The notes: generated by a model from the letters alone, not told the origin. A stretch of 64,000 nt of DNA from Salinivirgaceae bacterium (GCA_016342715.1 JAEINW010000001.1:5984-69983), one strand, 5' to 3'; positions 9,453 to 20,617 are shown, counted from the stretch's first letter. A program made the numbers and translations.

Positions 9453-10847
9453 ATGACACAAATAAAAAATATCTGTTGTATAGGCGCTGGTTATGTAGGT
9501 GGACCTACTATGGCAGTAATAGCACAAAAATGTCCAGAGATAAATGTTACAGTTGTTGATTTAAATGAACAAAGAATAGCAGATTGGAATGATGATGATT
9601 TGGATAAATTGCCAATCTATGAACCAGGATTAAAAGAGGTAGTAGCTGAAGCTCGAGGCAGAAACTTATTTTTTTCAACTGATGTTGATAAAGCTATCGA
9701 TAATGCAGAAATGATATTTATCTCGGTAAATACCCCAACCAAAACCTACGGTAAAGGAAAAGGAATGGCTGCTGATTTGAAATATATAGAACTTTGTGCT
9801 CGTCAGATTGCAAGAGTATCAAAAACAGATAAAATAGTTATTGAAAAATCAACCTTGCCTGTTCGCACAGCAGAGGCATTACGATCTATCCTTGATAATA
9901 CAAGTTCTGGAGTAAAGTTTCAAATACTGTCAAGCCCTGAATTTTTAGCTGAAGGAACTGCTGTGGATGATTTGCAAAATGCCGATCGTGTTTTAATTGG
10001 TGGGGATCAAACACCAGAAGGACTTGAGGCAATGCAAGCTTTAACAGATATTTATGCACATTGGTTACCTAAAGAAAGAATACTTCAAACAAATGTTTGG
10101 TCTTCAGAATTATCGAAATTAACCGCAAATGCATTTTTGGCACAACGAGTATCTTCAATTAATTCCTTATCGGCACTTTGTGAAAAAACGGAAGCTAATA
10201 TTGAAGAAGTAAGTAGAGCAATCGGAGCTGATAGCCGAATAGGGTCGAAGTTTTTAAAATCATCAGTAGGATTTGGTGGTTCGTGTTTTCAAAAAGACAT
10301 ACTAAATCTTGTTTATATTTGCCAATCTCTAGGACTTAAAGAGGTGGCCGATTATTGGGAGCAAGTAATTATTATGAATGATTATCAAAAACATCGGTTT
10401 GCAGATAATATCATTAAAACATTATATAATACGGTATCAGGAAAAAAAATAGCTTTTTTGGGATGGGCCTTTAAGAAAGATACAAATGATACACGAGAAA
10501 CTGCGGCCATGTATGTGGCTGATATTTTAATGGAGGATAGGGCTACTATTGTGGTTTATGATCCAAAAGTTAAGTATGAACAAATGTTTGCTGATGTTGA
10601 CTACCTGAACACAAGAACAGAGAAAGAAAATAAAGAACTACTTAAACCTCAAACAGATCCTTATGAAGCATGTAAAGATGTTCATGCTATTGCAATTTTA
10701 ACAGAATGGGACGAGTTTAAAGGATACGATTGGCAAAAAATATATGATCATATGATGAAGCCTGCCTTTGTATTTGATGGGCGAAATGTTTTGGATGGAG
10801 AAAAGTTGGAAAAAATAGGTTTTAAATACTATGGAATAGGTAAATAA
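9453..10847 (+). CDS. ugd: UDP-glucose 6-dehydrogenase, long eukaryote-like type
   Basis: [56 protein letters not shown], 464 aa. Confidence 0.9.
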   Translation: MTQIKNICCIGAGYVGGPTMAVIAQKCPEINVTVVDLNEQRIADWNDDDLDKLPIYEPGLKEVVAEARGRNLFFSTDVDKAIDNAEMIFISVNTPTKTYGKGKGMAADLKYIELCARQIARVSKTDKIVIEKSTLPVRTAEALRSILDNTSSGVKFQILSSPEFLAEGTAVDDLQNADRVLIGGDQTPEGLEAMQALTDIYAHWLPKERILQTNVWSSELSKLTANAFLAQRVSSINSLSALCEKTEANIEEVSRAIGADSRIGSKFLKSSVGFGGSCFQKDILNLVYICQSLGLKEVADYWEQVIIMNDYQKHRFADNIIKTLYNTVSGKKIAFLGWAFKKDTNDTRETAAMYVADILMEDRATIVVYDPKVKYEQMFADVDYLNTRTEKENKELLKPQTDPYEACKDVHAIAILTEWDEFKGYDWQKIYDHMMKPAFVFDGRNVLDGEKLEKIGFKYYGIGK

Positions 10848-10868
10848 CTATTTTCTAAAAACTATTGA

Positions 10869-10900
10869 AAAGAGTTTAATTATTAAAGATTAAACTCTTT
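10869..10900 (+). terminator. Rho-independent terminator after ugd
   Basis: AAAGAGTTTAAT (10869-10880) pairs with ATTAAACTCTTT (10889-10900), followed by a T-rich tail. Confidence 0.6.
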
Positions 10901-10921
10901 TGTCATTACAGATAATACTAT

Positions 10922-10929
10922 TACTTTTG
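10922..10929 (+). promoter_or_regulatory. Candidate -7 box (TAnnTTTG) for the rfb unit
   Basis: TACTTTTG, 32 nt upstream of the rfbA ATG. Confidence 0.4.
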
Positions 10930-10960
10930 CTGCATTAAATCTAAACCAAATTATTATACT

Positions 10961-11833
10961 ATGAAAGGCATTATTCTAGCAGGTGGAAGTGGAACCAGAC
11001 TTTATCCAATAACTAAAGGGGTTTCAAAGCAGTTGTTGCCCATTTATGATAAACCTATGATTTATTATCCGCTATCGGTATTAATGTTGGCAGGTATTAA
11101 AGATATTTTAGTAATATCAACTCCAGAAGATTTGCCAGGGTTTAAACGTTTGCTAGGTTCTGGAGCCGATTGGGGGATTAATTTAGCATATGCAGAACAA
11201 CCTTCTCCCGATGGACTTGCTCAAGCCTTTATTATCGGAGATGAATTTATTGGAGATGATGATGTTTGTTTGGTACTGGGCGATAATATTTTTTACGGTC
11301 ATGGCTTACCAGAATTGTTAAGAAATGCTCGTAAAAATGTAGAAGAAGATAAGCAAGCTACCGTTTTTGGCTATTATGTTAATGACCCAGAACGTTATGG
11401 GGTTGCTGAGTTTGATGAAAATGGTAAAGTAACTTCCATTGAAGAAAAGCCGGAAAATCCGAAATCAAATTATGCGGTGGTTGGTTTATACTTTTATCCT
11501 AATAGCGTAATTAAAGTAGCAAAAAATATTAAACCTTCGCATCGAGGAGAGTTGGAAATTACTACGGTAAATCAAGAATACCTCAAAAAAGATACACTGA
11601 AAGTTGAACTCATGGGTCGTGGTTTTGCTTGGCTTGATACAGGAACTCATGAAAGCTTGATTGAAGCAAGTAACTTTATTGAAACCTTACAAAAGCGAAC
11701 AGGTTTAATGGTGGCATGTCCTGAAGAGATTGCTTATGATCGTGGTTTTATAACAAAAGAACAAGTGGCTAAATTAGCTGAGCCATTGAGTAAGAATGCT
11801 TATGGACAGTATTTGATGAAATTAGGGAAATAG
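10961..11833 (+). CDS. rfbA: Glucose-1-phosphate thymidylyltransferase
   Basis: [34 protein letters not shown], 290 aa. Confidence 0.95.
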   Translation: MKGIILAGGSGTRLYPITKGVSKQLLPIYDKPMIYYPLSVLMLAGIKDILVISTPEDLPGFKRLLGSGADWGINLAYAEQPSPDGLAQAFIIGDEFIGDDDVCLVLGDNIFYGHGLPELLRNARKNVEEDKQATVFGYYVNDPERYGVAEFDENGKVTSIEEKPENPKSNYAVVGLYFYPNSVIKVAKNIKPSHRGELEITTVNQEYLKKDTLKVELMGRGFAWLDTGTHESLIEASNFIETLQKRTGLMVACPEEIAYDRGFITKEQVAKLAEPLSKNAYGQYLMKLGK

Positions 11834-13210
11834 ATGACTTCAGATGAATTAAAACATATTATCTCACAAGGTGAAGGTGAAAAAGTTGAGTTCAAACTTT
11901 CATACAATAATGAAACCATTGAAACGCTTAATGCTTTTGCAAATACCAAAGGGGGATATGTTTTAATTGGGATTTCCAATAAGAACTCAATTGTTGGTGT
12001 TGATATTAATGAAGAATCTATTCAGAATTGGTTGAATGAAATCAAGCAAAAAACGTCACCTTCTATAATGCCTGATTGTGAAGATATTACTATTTCAGGT
12101 AAAACTGTTGTTGTTTTTAGGATACAGGAATATCCTATAAAGCCCATTGCTTTAAAAGGACGGTATTTCAAACGAATTAAAAACTCAAACCATCTCTTAT
12201 CTTTAAATGAAATAAGCGATTTGCATTTGCAATCACTTAAAGTGTCTTGGGATAGCTATGAAAATACTTTTTCTACGATAGATGATCTTGATTTACTTAA
12301 GGTTTCCTCATTTATTAATAAAGTGAATAAGGGAGGACGGTTTAAATTGACTTCTGATCCAATAATAGCGCTTGAAAAATTGAGGCTGGTTGAAGACAAT
12401 AAACCTACCAATGCAAGTGTACTCCTGTTTTCTAAAAATGAAATAGAACATACCATTCATGTGGGGCGATTTAAAACCCCTGAAATGATTATGGATGACA
12501 AGATTTATAAGGTCACTTTATTTGAGGCAGTAGAACTTGTTATGCAATATCTTTATAATTGGATAAAAGTTGCTTTTGAAATTACTGGAAAGAAAACACA
12601 AAGAGACGAAATATTTGAATACCCCATACCTGCATTAAGGGAAATCGTTTTAAATTCCATTGTTCATAGAGATTACACTAGTCCCATTGATATACAAATT
12701 AAAATATTTGATAATAGCATTACCGTTTATAATCCGGGAAAATTGTTTGGAGACTTAACTATTGAAGAACTTAAAACCGATTATTATCAGTCTAATGCTC
12801 GAAACCGGTTAATTTCTGAGGTATTTTACCTTACTCATGATATAGAAAAGTATGGGAGTGGTTTTACCAGAATACGGAAAGAAATCAGTTCGTACCCTAC
12901 TATGGAGTTTAATTATAAGGAAATGGGCAATGGTTTTTTTGTAGAATTGAAATATAAAGAACAAAAAACATCCAATATTACCCCCATAAAGACCCCCATA
13001 AAGAATGTTGAGATAACAGAACTTGAAGAAAAAATAATACATAAAATAATTGAAAATCCTAAAATTTCAATAAATAAGATAGGTGAGAAGCTGGGAATTG
13101 GAAGGGATACGGTTGCAGAATACATCAATAAACTTAAAAGAAAAGGCATTTTATTGAGAGAAGGAAGTAAACGTGGTGGAAGTTGGAAAGTAATTGATAA
13201 ACTTATTTAA
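11834..13210 (+). CDS. COG2865-type putative regulator: AlbA_2/Schlafen-like N-domain, ATPase-like domain and C-terminal winged HTH
   Basis: N-terminal block GEGEKVEFKLSY...FANTKGGYVLIG, central LREIVLNSIVHRDY, C-terminal ISINKIGEKLGIGRDTVAEYINKLKRKGIL. The ATG directly abuts the rfbA stop. Confidence 0.7.
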   Translation: MTSDELKHIISQGEGEKVEFKLSYNNETIETLNAFANTKGGYVLIGISNKNSIVGVDINEESIQNWLNEIKQKTSPSIMPDCEDITISGKTVVVFRIQEYPIKPIALKGRYFKRIKNSNHLLSLNEISDLHLQSLKVSWDSYENTFSTIDDLDLLKVSSFINKVNKGGRFKLTSDPIIALEKLRLVEDNKPTNASVLLFSKNEIEHTIHVGRFKTPEMIMDDKIYKVTLFEAVELVMQYLYNWIKVAFEITGKKTQRDEIFEYPIPALREIVLNSIVHRDYTSPIDIQIKIFDNSITVYNPGKLFGDLTIEELKTDYYQSNARNRLISEVFYLTHDIEKYGSGFTRIRKEISSYPTMEFNYKEMGNGFFVELKYKEQKTSNITPIKTPIKNVEITELEEKIIHKIIENPKISINKIGEKLGIGRDTVAEYINKLKRKGILLREGSKRGGSWKVIDKLI

Positions 13211-13261
13211 TAATTTAAAAAGAAATAATAATTTTGGAAGCCCTAAATTGCTAATTAATTT

Positions 13262-13831
13262 ATGAAAGTTATAGAAACGAATATACCGGATGTAAAAATA
13301 ATAGAACCTCGAGTTTTTAAAGATGAAAGAGGTTATTTTTTTGAATCCTTTAATGAACAACGTTTTTTCGAGAAAGTACTGAAAACTTCTTTTGTTCAGG
13401 ACAACGAATCGTTGTCAACAAAAGGGGTTTTGCGAGGATTGCATTATCAGATGCCTCCATACGCTCAATCAAAATTAGTTAGAGTCATAAAAGGGGAAGT
13501 GTATGATGTAGCCGTTGATATCAGGAAAGGCTCACCCACATTTGGACAATATACAGGAGTTTTATTAACGGAACGGAATAAAAAGCAGTTTTTTATTCCA
13601 AGGGGATTTGCTCATGGTTTTGTAGTTTTAAGTGAGGAAGCAATATTTTTTTATAAATGTGATAATTATTATGCTCCTGAATCAGAAAGAAGTATAAACT
13701 TTGATGACCCTGATTTAAATATTGACTGGAATATTGATTTAAAAAAACTCATGCTTTCTGATAAAGATAAAAAGGGAGTGAGTTTCAAAGAAGCCGATTT
13801 GTTTGATTTTAATACAAATTTGTATGAATAG
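13262..13831 (+). CDS. rfbC: dTDP-4-dehydrorhamnose 3,5-epimerase
   Basis: VLRGLHYQ...SKLVRV, PRGFAHGF, 189 aa. Confidence 0.95.
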   Translation: MKVIETNIPDVKIIEPRVFKDERGYFFESFNEQRFFEKVLKTSFVQDNESLSTKGVLRGLHYQMPPYAQSKLVRVIKGEVYDVAVDIRKGSPTFGQYTGVLLTERNKKQFFIPRGFAHGFVVLSEEAIFFYKCDNYYAPESERSINFDDPDLNIDWNIDLKKLMLSDKDKKGVSFKEADLFDFNTNLYE

Positions 13832-14702
13832 CAGAAAAATCTTGGTAACCGGAAGTAATGGGCAGTTGGGGAGTGAATTGCGTAAAATTGCCAATGACTA
13901 TGATGATTTTACATTTCATTTTACCGATGTAGCTGAATTAGACATTACCAATTATGAAGCCTTAGTTAATTTTGTAAAAGATAAAAAAATAAATACAATA
14001 ATTAATTGTGCAGCCTATACCGCAGTTGATAAAGCTGAAGATGAGAAAGAATTAGCATTAAAGATTAATGCTGAGGCAACTGCAAATCTTGCAAAAATAA
14101 TGCATGATACTAAGGGTCAATTAATTCATGTGTCTACGGATTATGTATTTAAGGGAAACAATTTTTTGCCTTACTCGGAAATTGACAAAATCGACCCCAT
14201 TAATTATTATGGTTTTTCTAAACTTAAGGGTGAAGAAGAGATATTTAAATTCCCAATAAATGCTCAGATAATCAGAACTTCTTGGTTGTACTCCTCGTTT
14301 GGAAATAATTTTGTTAAAACCATATTACGGGTAGCTAAAGAAAGAGATGAGTTAAAAGTGGTTTTTGATCAAATAGGTACACCCACCTATGCGGCAGATT
14401 TAGCCCAAGCCATAATGACTATTTTAGCAAAAGAAAAAGCGGCAAGTAGTGTTCCATCCGTTTATCATTATTCCAACGAAGGAGTGGCTTCATGGTTTGA
14501 TTTTGCGATAGCAATAGTGGAGGGATCAAGCAGTAAATCAAAAATATTACCAGTCAGAAGTTCAGAATTCCCAACCATAGCAAATCGACCAAACTATTCG
14601 GTGCTTGATAAAACTAAGATTAAAAAAGAATATAATTTGGAAATCCCTTATTGGAAAGATTCTTTACAAGTATGTTTAAAAAAATTGAATAATGATGAGT
14701 AA
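13824..14702 (+). CDS. rfbD: dTDP-4-dehydrorhamnose reductase
   Basis: ILVTGSNGQLG, STDYVF. The track start at 13803 is TTG; the ATG at 13824 overlaps the rfbC stop. Confidence 0.9.
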   Translation: MNSRKILVTGSNGQLGSELRKIANDYDDFTFHFTDVAELDITNYEALVNFVKDKKINTIINCAAYTAVDKAEDEKELALKINAEATANLAKIMHDTKGQLIHVSTDYVFKGNNFLPYSEIDKIDPINYYGFSKLKGEEEIFKFPINAQIIRTSWLYSSFGNNFVKTILRVAKERDELKVVFDQIGTPTYAADLAQAIMTILAKEKAASSVPSVYHYSNEGVASWFDFAIAIVEGSSSKSKILPVRSSEFPTIANRPNYSVLDKTKIKKEYNLEIPYWKDSLQVCLKKLNNDE

Positions 14703-15705
14703 AGCCATATTAGTTACCGGTGGAGCCGGATTTATTGGTTCTAATTTTGTTCCGTATTTTCTAAATAAATATTCAGAATATCATTTGATAAACTTGGATA
14801 AATTAACCTATGCAGGGAATTTGGATAACCTGAAAGAAATAGAAAAAAGCGAACGATATACTTTTGTACAAGGAGATATTTGCAATCGTGAATTGGTGGA
14901 ATATCTTTTTAAAACCTTTGACATTAGAGGAGTGATTCATTTTGCAGCCGAATCGCATGTGGACAATTCTATATCAGGACCTGAAGTTTTTATTCAAACT
15001 AACATAAATGGGACATTTACTTTGATTGATGTTGCCAGAAAATATTGGATGAATGCTCCTTTCGAATATAAAGAGGGCTATGAAAAATGTCGTTTTCATC
15101 ACATTTCTACTGATGAGGTTTATGGTACTTTAGGTGAAACTGGATTGTTTGAAGAAGTTACTCCTTATGCACCAAATTCACCCTATTCAGCGGCCAAAGC
15201 CAGTTCTGATTTTATTGTTAGATCATATCATCATACCTATGGAATGGATGTAACAACTAGCAATTGTTCAAATAATTATGGTCCAAAGCAGCATAATGAA
15301 AAACTGATTCCCGTTATTATTCGTAAAGCCATAAACGGTGAAAATATTCCCATTTATGGCGATGGAAAGAATATACGTGATTGGTTGTATGTTTTGGATC
15401 ATTGTACAGGAATTGATTTGGTTTATCATACTGGCAAATCTGGAGAAACGTATAATATTGGTGGAAGAAATGAAAAAACAAATATGGATATCGTAAACCA
15501 TATTTGTGAATATTTAGATAAAAAACAACCCAAAACTCAAGGATCATACAAAGATCAAATTTCCTTTGTACAAGATAGAGCAGGCCATGATAGGCGCTAT
15601 GCCATTGATGCAACAAAAATAGAAAAAGAATTGGGCTGGAAGGCTGAAGAGAATTTTGAGAATGGTATTATTAAAACCATTGAGTGGTATTTAAATAATC
15701 TATAG
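14692..15705 (+). CDS. rfbB: dTDP-glucose 4,6-dehydratase
   Basis: ILVTGGAGFIGSNF, STDEVYG, YSAAKASSD (YxxxK). Confidence 0.95.
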   Translation: MMSKAILVTGGAGFIGSNFVPYFLNKYSEYHLINLDKLTYAGNLDNLKEIEKSERYTFVQGDICNRELVEYLFKTFDIRGVIHFAAESHVDNSISGPEVFIQTNINGTFTLIDVARKYWMNAPFEYKEGYEKCRFHHISTDEVYGTLGETGLFEEVTPYAPNSPYSAAKASSDFIVRSYHHTYGMDVTTSNCSNNYGPKQHNEKLIPVIIRKAINGENIPIYGDGKNIRDWLYVLDHCTGIDLVYHTGKSGETYNIGGRNEKTNMDIVNHICEYLDKKQPKTQGSYKDQISFVQDRAGHDRRYAIDATKIEKELGWKAEENFENGIIKTIEWYLNNL

Positions 15706-15708
15706 AAT

Positions 15709-16998
15709 ATGTACAATAAAATAGTAAACAAAGAAGAAATTATATCAGTTATTGGTCTTGGGTATGTAGGATTACCAATAGCATTAGAATTTGCAAAGGT
15801 AGCAAAGGTAATTGGTTTTGATATCAAACCAGACCGTGTTGAATTAATGAAACAAAATATTGATCCAAGTAAAGAATTGGAGTCTCATGAATTCGAAGGA
15901 TGTGACATTGAATTTTCCGCAAATGCTGAGGATATTAAAAAAGCTAAATTTCATATTGTTGCTGTACCAACACCTATTGATGATCATAATCAGCCAGATT
16001 TAACGCCCGTAATTGCCGCATCTAAAACAGTAGCTAGAGCTTTAAAAAAAGGTGATTATGTGGTTTACGAATCTACAGTTTATCCAGGTTGTACAGAAGA
16101 AGATTGTGTACCTATTTTGGAAGAAATCTCGGGATTAAAAATGGGAGAAGATTTTAAAGTAGGATTTTCACCAGAAAGAATAAATCCAGGAGATAAAGTA
16201 AATACCTTAACCACTATTACAAAAGTTGTATCAGGTAGTGATGATGAAGCATTAGAGAATATAGCCAAAATTTATGAAATGGTTATTAAGGCTGGTGTTC
16301 ACAGAGCCCCATCTTTGAAAGTAGCTGAAGCAGCAAAAATAATTGAAAATACGCAGCGCGATGTAAATATTGCATTAATGAATGAATTATCGTTGATATT
16401 CAATAGAATGAATATTAATACATTCGACGTATTAGAAGCAGCTGGAACCAAATGGAATTTTTTGAAATTTTTCCCTGGTTTAGTAGGGGGGCATTGTATT
16501 GGTGTTGATCCTTATTATTTACTTTACAAAGCGAAAGAATTAGGGTATCATGCAAAAATGATAGATTCAGGTAGATTTATTAATGACAGTATGGGAGCTT
16601 ATGTTGCCAAACAAACTGTTAAAAAAATAATAGCAGCCGATAAAAATGTAAAAGATGCGCGTGTATTAGTAATGGGGGTGACCTTTAAGGAGGATGTTTC
16701 AGATATTAGAAACTCAAAAGTAGTTGATGTTGTAAACGAATTAAAATCATATAGTGTAAATGTGGATGCCATTGATCCACATGCATCGAAACAGGAGATA
16801 ATGGAAGAATATGGTTATGAAATTCGGGATAAACCGGAAGGTAAATACGATGCAATAATTGTAGCAGTTCAGCATGAAGAATACAAGAATTTATCGGAAG
16901 ATTACTTTAAAGGATTATTGAGTGAAAAAGGGTTGTTTATAGACCTTAAAGGTATTTATAAAGACAAGGTTAAGGATTTGAATTATTGGAGTTTGTAA
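15709..16998 (+). CDS. UDP-N-acetyl-hexosamine 6-dehydrogenase, copy 2 (paralog of 4790..6079)
   Basis: Same length (429 aa) and no indels relative to copy 1. My hand alignment gives about 33 substitutions. Same GLGYVGLP and GGHCIGVDP motifs. Confidence 0.85.
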   Translation: MYNKIVNKEEIISVIGLGYVGLPIALEFAKVAKVIGFDIKPDRVELMKQNIDPSKELESHEFEGCDIEFSANAEDIKKAKFHIVAVPTPIDDHNQPDLTPVIAASKTVARALKKGDYVVYESTVYPGCTEEDCVPILEEISGLKMGEDFKVGFSPERINPGDKVNTLTTITKVVSGSDDEALENIAKIYEMVIKAGVHRAPSLKVAEAAKIIENTQRDVNIALMNELSLIFNRMNINTFDVLEAAGTKWNFLKFFPGLVGGHCIGVDPYYLLYKAKELGYHAKMIDSGRFINDSMGAYVAKQTVKKIIAADKNVKDARVLVMGVTFKEDVSDIRNSKVVDVVNELKSYSVNVDAIDPHASKQEIMEEYGYEIRDKPEGKYDAIIVAVQHEEYKNLSEDYFKGLLSEKGLFIDLKGIYKDKVKDLNYWSL

Positions 16999-17030
16999 GG
17001 AACTTCGCATTTGATAAGTTTATACGTAAA

Positions 17031-18335
17031 ATGATGAAAAAAATAGTATATATAGGAATGAGTGCGGATATTATTCATCCAGGGCATTTAAATATAATAA
17101 AAGAAGGAGTTAAACTTGGAGAAGTTACTGTAGGTCTATTAACAGATACTGCAATTGCAAGTTATAAAAGATTACCCTATCTAAGTTATGATCAGAGGAA
17201 ATTAATTGTCGAGAGTTTAAAGGGTGTCGATAAGGTGATTCCTCAAGACTCCTTAGATTATGTTCCAAATTTGCTTATTGTAAAACCCCATTTTGTTGTG
17301 CATGGTGATGATTGGAAGGAAGGTATTCAACAAGTTACGAGGCAACGAGTTATAGATACTATTACTGATTGGGGGGGGAAAGTGATTGATATTCCTTATA
17401 CTCAAGGAATTTCATCAACAAAATTGAATGAAAATATTAAAGCAATTGGAACAACCCCTGAAATTAGAATGAAAAGACTTAGACGGTTAATTCAGGCAAA
17501 ACCAATTGTTCGAATCTTAGAATCTCATAGTGGATTAACAGGACTTATTGCTGAGAATATTAAGGTAGATATTAATGGTAAAGAACAAGAGTTTGATGGC
17601 ATGTGGTCAAGTAGTTTGACAGATTCGACATCTAAGGGAAAACCTGATATTGAAGCTGTTGATATTACAACAAGAATGCATGGATTAAATGACACCTTAG
17701 AATGTACTACCAAACCAATAATTTATGATGGAGATACAGGAGGAAAGTTAGAACATTTTGTATTTACTGTTAGGACACTAGAAAGACACGGAATATCTGC
17801 TGTTATTATTGAAGATAAAACAGGATTAAAGAAGAACTCATTGTTTGGAACTGCAGTACCACAGACACAAGACACCATTGAAGATTTTTCAGAGAAGATT
17901 AAAGCTGGTAAAAATGCACAAGTGACAGATGATTTTATGATTATTGCCAGAGTTGAAAGCTTGATTTTAGGTAAATCTGTTGAAGAAGCATTGGAAAGAG
18001 CTCATGCATATGTTGGAGCTGGTGCTGATGCGGTAATGATTCATAGCAAGGAAAAAACAGGTTTGGATATTAAAGAGTTTTGTAAGTCTTTCAGAAAAAG
18101 TAATAAAAATACGCCTATTGTTGTTGTTCCATCAACGTTTAATCATATAACTGAAGAAGAATTTTCAACATGGGGAGTGAATATTGTTATTTATGCTAAC
18201 CATATGTTAAGAGCATCTTATCCAGCTATGGTTGATGTAGCAAAATCTATATTATCGAATGGTAGATCATATGATGCTAATGATAAATGCATGCCTATTA
18301 AGGAAATTCTTGAATTAATACCCGGCACAAAATGA
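17031..18335 (+). CDS. Bifunctional cytidylyltransferase / phosphoenolpyruvate mutase (Fom1-like architecture)
   Basis: N-terminal TagD-like domain (IIHPGH, VDKVIP, HGDDW, GISSTKL). The C-terminal domain carries the PepM signature EDKX5NS ([12 protein letters not shown]). The track start at 16986 is TTG inside the upstream gene; the ATG at 17031 gives MMKKIVYIG. Confidence 0.85.
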   Translation: MMKKIVYIGMSADIIHPGHLNIIKEGVKLGEVTVGLLTDTAIASYKRLPYLSYDQRKLIVESLKGVDKVIPQDSLDYVPNLLIVKPHFVVHGDDWKEGIQQVTRQRVIDTITDWGGKVIDIPYTQGISSTKLNENIKAIGTTPEIRMKRLRRLIQAKPIVRILESHSGLTGLIAENIKVDINGKEQEFDGMWSSSLTDSTSKGKPDIEAVDITTRMHGLNDTLECTTKPIIYDGDTGGKLEHFVFTVRTLERHGISAVIIEDKTGLKKNSLFGTAVPQTQDTIEDFSEKIKAGKNAQVTDDFMIIARVESLILGKSVEEALERAHAYVGAGADAVMIHSKEKTGLDIKEFCKSFRKSNKNTPIVVVPSTFNHITEEEFSTWGVNIVIYANHMLRASYPAMVDVAKSILSNGRSYDANDKCMPIKEILELIPGTK

Positions 18336-19474
18336 TAAAACCAGAACAGTTTTACAAATTGCTTCAAAGCAATGGAGTAGAATTTTTTACAGGAGTCCCC
18401 GATTCTTTATTGAAAGATATTTGTGCTTATATCACGGAAAAGACTAAGTATTCAAGACATATTATAGCAGCCAATGAAGGAAATGCTGTGGCTTTAGCAA
18501 GCGGTTATTATTTGGCAACAGAAAAAATTCCTTTAGTATATATGCAAAACTCGGGAATTGGAAATGCTATAAATCCATTATTGTCACTTGCGGATGAAGA
18601 TGTTTATAGTATCCCCATGTTGTTGATGATTGGTTGGAGAGGTGAACCTGGGATAAAAGATGAACCTCAACATATTAAACAAGGAAAGGTTACTCTAGGT
18701 GTTTTAGATGCTATGGGAATTGAATACGTAATATTGCCAGATTCTTTTAATGAGGCTCAAATAGTAATAGAAAAATCTATTCAAAGAATATCTCAAACAA
18801 AATGTCCATTTGCACTTATTGTTAAAAAAAACACCTTCGAAAGTTATTCACTAAATGAAGGCAGCACAAAAGTACTTTCTATTTCAAGGGAGAATGCTAT
18901 AAAGGTCATTGTTGATCATCTTGAAGAGGATGCAATTGTAGTCTCTACAACAGGTAAAGCATCACGAGAATTATTTGAATATAGAAGTCAAAAAGGGCAA
19001 GGTCATCAGAGGGATTTTCTAACTGTTGGTTCAATGGGACATGCTAATCAAATTGCACTGACTATTGCCTTAGAAAAACCGAATAGAAATGTTTATTGTT
19101 TTGATGGTGATGGTGCTGTGTTAATGCACACAGGTGGTATGGGTATCATTGGAGATTATAAACCTCAAAACTTAAAACATATAATTTTTAATAATGGAGC
19201 TCATGAATCTGTGGGAGGACAGCCGACAATTGGATTTGATGTTGATTTTTCCAAATTGGCAAAAGGGTTTAATTACAGCACTACTTTAAAAGCTTCATCT
19301 AAGGAAGAAATTGAAAAATACATGCCTTTATTGAAAAATACACAAGGACCTATATTACTTGAGATATGGGTATCTATGGATTCTAGGAAAGATTTAGGTA
19401 GACCTACAATTTCACCTAAAAATAATAAAAATGATTTTATGAGATTTTTACAAGATGGATCAAATAATATTTGA
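18332..19474 (+). CDS. Phosphonopyruvate decarboxylase (ThDP-dependent)
   Basis: ThDP motif [13 protein letters not shown]...[14 protein letters not shown], ~380 aa. ATGA overlap with the PepM gene. Confidence 0.85.
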   Translation: MIKPEQFYKLLQSNGVEFFTGVPDSLLKDICAYITEKTKYSRHIIAANEGNAVALASGYYLATEKIPLVYMQNSGIGNAINPLLSLADEDVYSIPMLLMIGWRGEPGIKDEPQHIKQGKVTLGVLDAMGIEYVILPDSFNEAQIVIEKSIQRISQTKCPFALIVKKNTFESYSLNEGSTKVLSISRENAIKVIVDHLEEDAIVVSTTGKASRELFEYRSQKGQGHQRDFLTVGSMGHANQIALTIALEKPNRNVYCFDGDGAVLMHTGGMGIIGDYKPQNLKHIIFNNGAHESVGGQPTIGFDVDFSKLAKGFNYSTTLKASSKEEIEKYMPLLKNTQGPILLEIWVSMDSRKDLGRPTISPKNNKNDFMRFLQDGSNNI

Positions 19475-20588
19475 AGATAAAGACAATCTCAACAAAATTT
19501 CAATTTTATTAAGGCAAAAAAATATAGAAAGAGTTTTTGTTGTTTCTGGAAAAAAATCATATGATAATTCTTCAGCACGAGAAATTATCCAACCCATCTT
19601 GACTGGTTTTTCGGTATTTAGATTTTATAATTTTGAAGAAAATCCCAAAGTTGAGGATGTAATTAGGGGTGTGAATTTTTTTAATGAAAATAATTGTCAG
19701 ATAATAGTTGCTATTGGAGGAGGTAGTGTTATCGATATGGCAAAGTTGATCAAGGCTTACCATGATAATTTTATTGATATAAAATCAAAAATTTCAAACA
19801 GTCGAGTTGGGGAGTGTTCGAAGGAATTAATAGCAATTCCAACTACAGCTGGTTCTGGAAGTGAAGCAACTCAATTTGCAGTTGTTTATATTAATAAAAT
19901 TAAATATTCTGTTTCAAATGTGAATCTTTTACCTAATATTGTTCATTTGGTACCTGAATTAACATATTCTACATCTCCTTATTTGACAGCCATTACAGGC
20001 TTAGATGCTTTTTCTCAAGCAATTGAATCGTGGTGGAGTGTGAATTCTACAGAAGAATCAATAGCTTATTCTAAAGAAGCAGTAAAGATTATTTACGAAA
20101 ATTTGGGTTCTGCCATTGAGAATAATAGAGGTGCAAAAAGACTAGTTCAGCAAGCATCTTATTTGGCAGGAAAAGCTATAAATATTGCGAAAACTACAGC
20201 ACCTCATGCTTTATCTTATGGCTTTTCAACTTATTGCAATTTACCGCATGGTCACGCAGTTTCAATATTTCTACCTAATTTTGTGGAGTTACACACCAAA
20301 ATTAATATAAATAATTGTAATGATTCTAGAGGTGTTGAATATGTGAATGATGTTATGAACAGTATAGCAGCACTTATGGGGACGGCAATAGAATTTTTAG
20401 CTGATAAAATTTATATGTTTATTAATGATTGTGGAATTTCAATTAATTATAAAGAATTAAGTATTACTAGGCAAAGGTTTGAAAAATCGATATCAAATAT
20501 TAATCAAGAAGGACTTAAAAATAATCCGGTTATAATAAATTCTGAATTTATTTCTGAATTGTATTTTTCTAAATTAAATAATAAGTAA
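19455..20588 (+). CDS. Group III iron-containing alcohol dehydrogenase, putative phosphonoacetaldehyde reductase
   Basis: AIGGGSVIDMAK, PTTAGSGSEAT, LPHGHAV. Overlaps the decarboxylase gene by 20 nt. Confidence 0.7.
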   Translation: MDQIIFEDKDNLNKISILLRQKNIERVFVVSGKKSYDNSSAREIIQPILTGFSVFRFYNFEENPKVEDVIRGVNFFNENNCQIIVAIGGGSVIDMAKLIKAYHDNFIDIKSKISNSRVGECSKELIAIPTTAGSGSEATQFAVVYINKIKYSVSNVNLLPNIVHLVPELTYSTSPYLTAITGLDAFSQAIESWWSVNSTEESIAYSKEAVKIIYENLGSAIENNRGAKRLVQQASYLAGKAINIAKTTAPHALSYGFSTYCNLPHGHAVSIFLPNFVELHTKININNCNDSRGVEYVNDVMNSIAALMGTAIEFLADKIYMFINDCGISINYKELSITRQRFEKSISNINQEGLKNNPVIINSEFISELYFSKLNNK

Positions 20589-20617
20589 TTGTATTCGGAG
20601 ATAAATAATATCATATA

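Noticed and set aside
17031-20588. Interpreting the Fom1/Fom2/FomC-like trio as a fosfomycin or other phosphonate-antibiotic gene cluster.
   Set aside because: The window contains no Fom3-like radical-SAM/cobalamin methyltransferase, no Fom4/HppE-like epoxidase and no resistance genes. The genes are embedded among glycosyltransferases and Wzx/Wzy, so a glycan-decoration role is far more likely.
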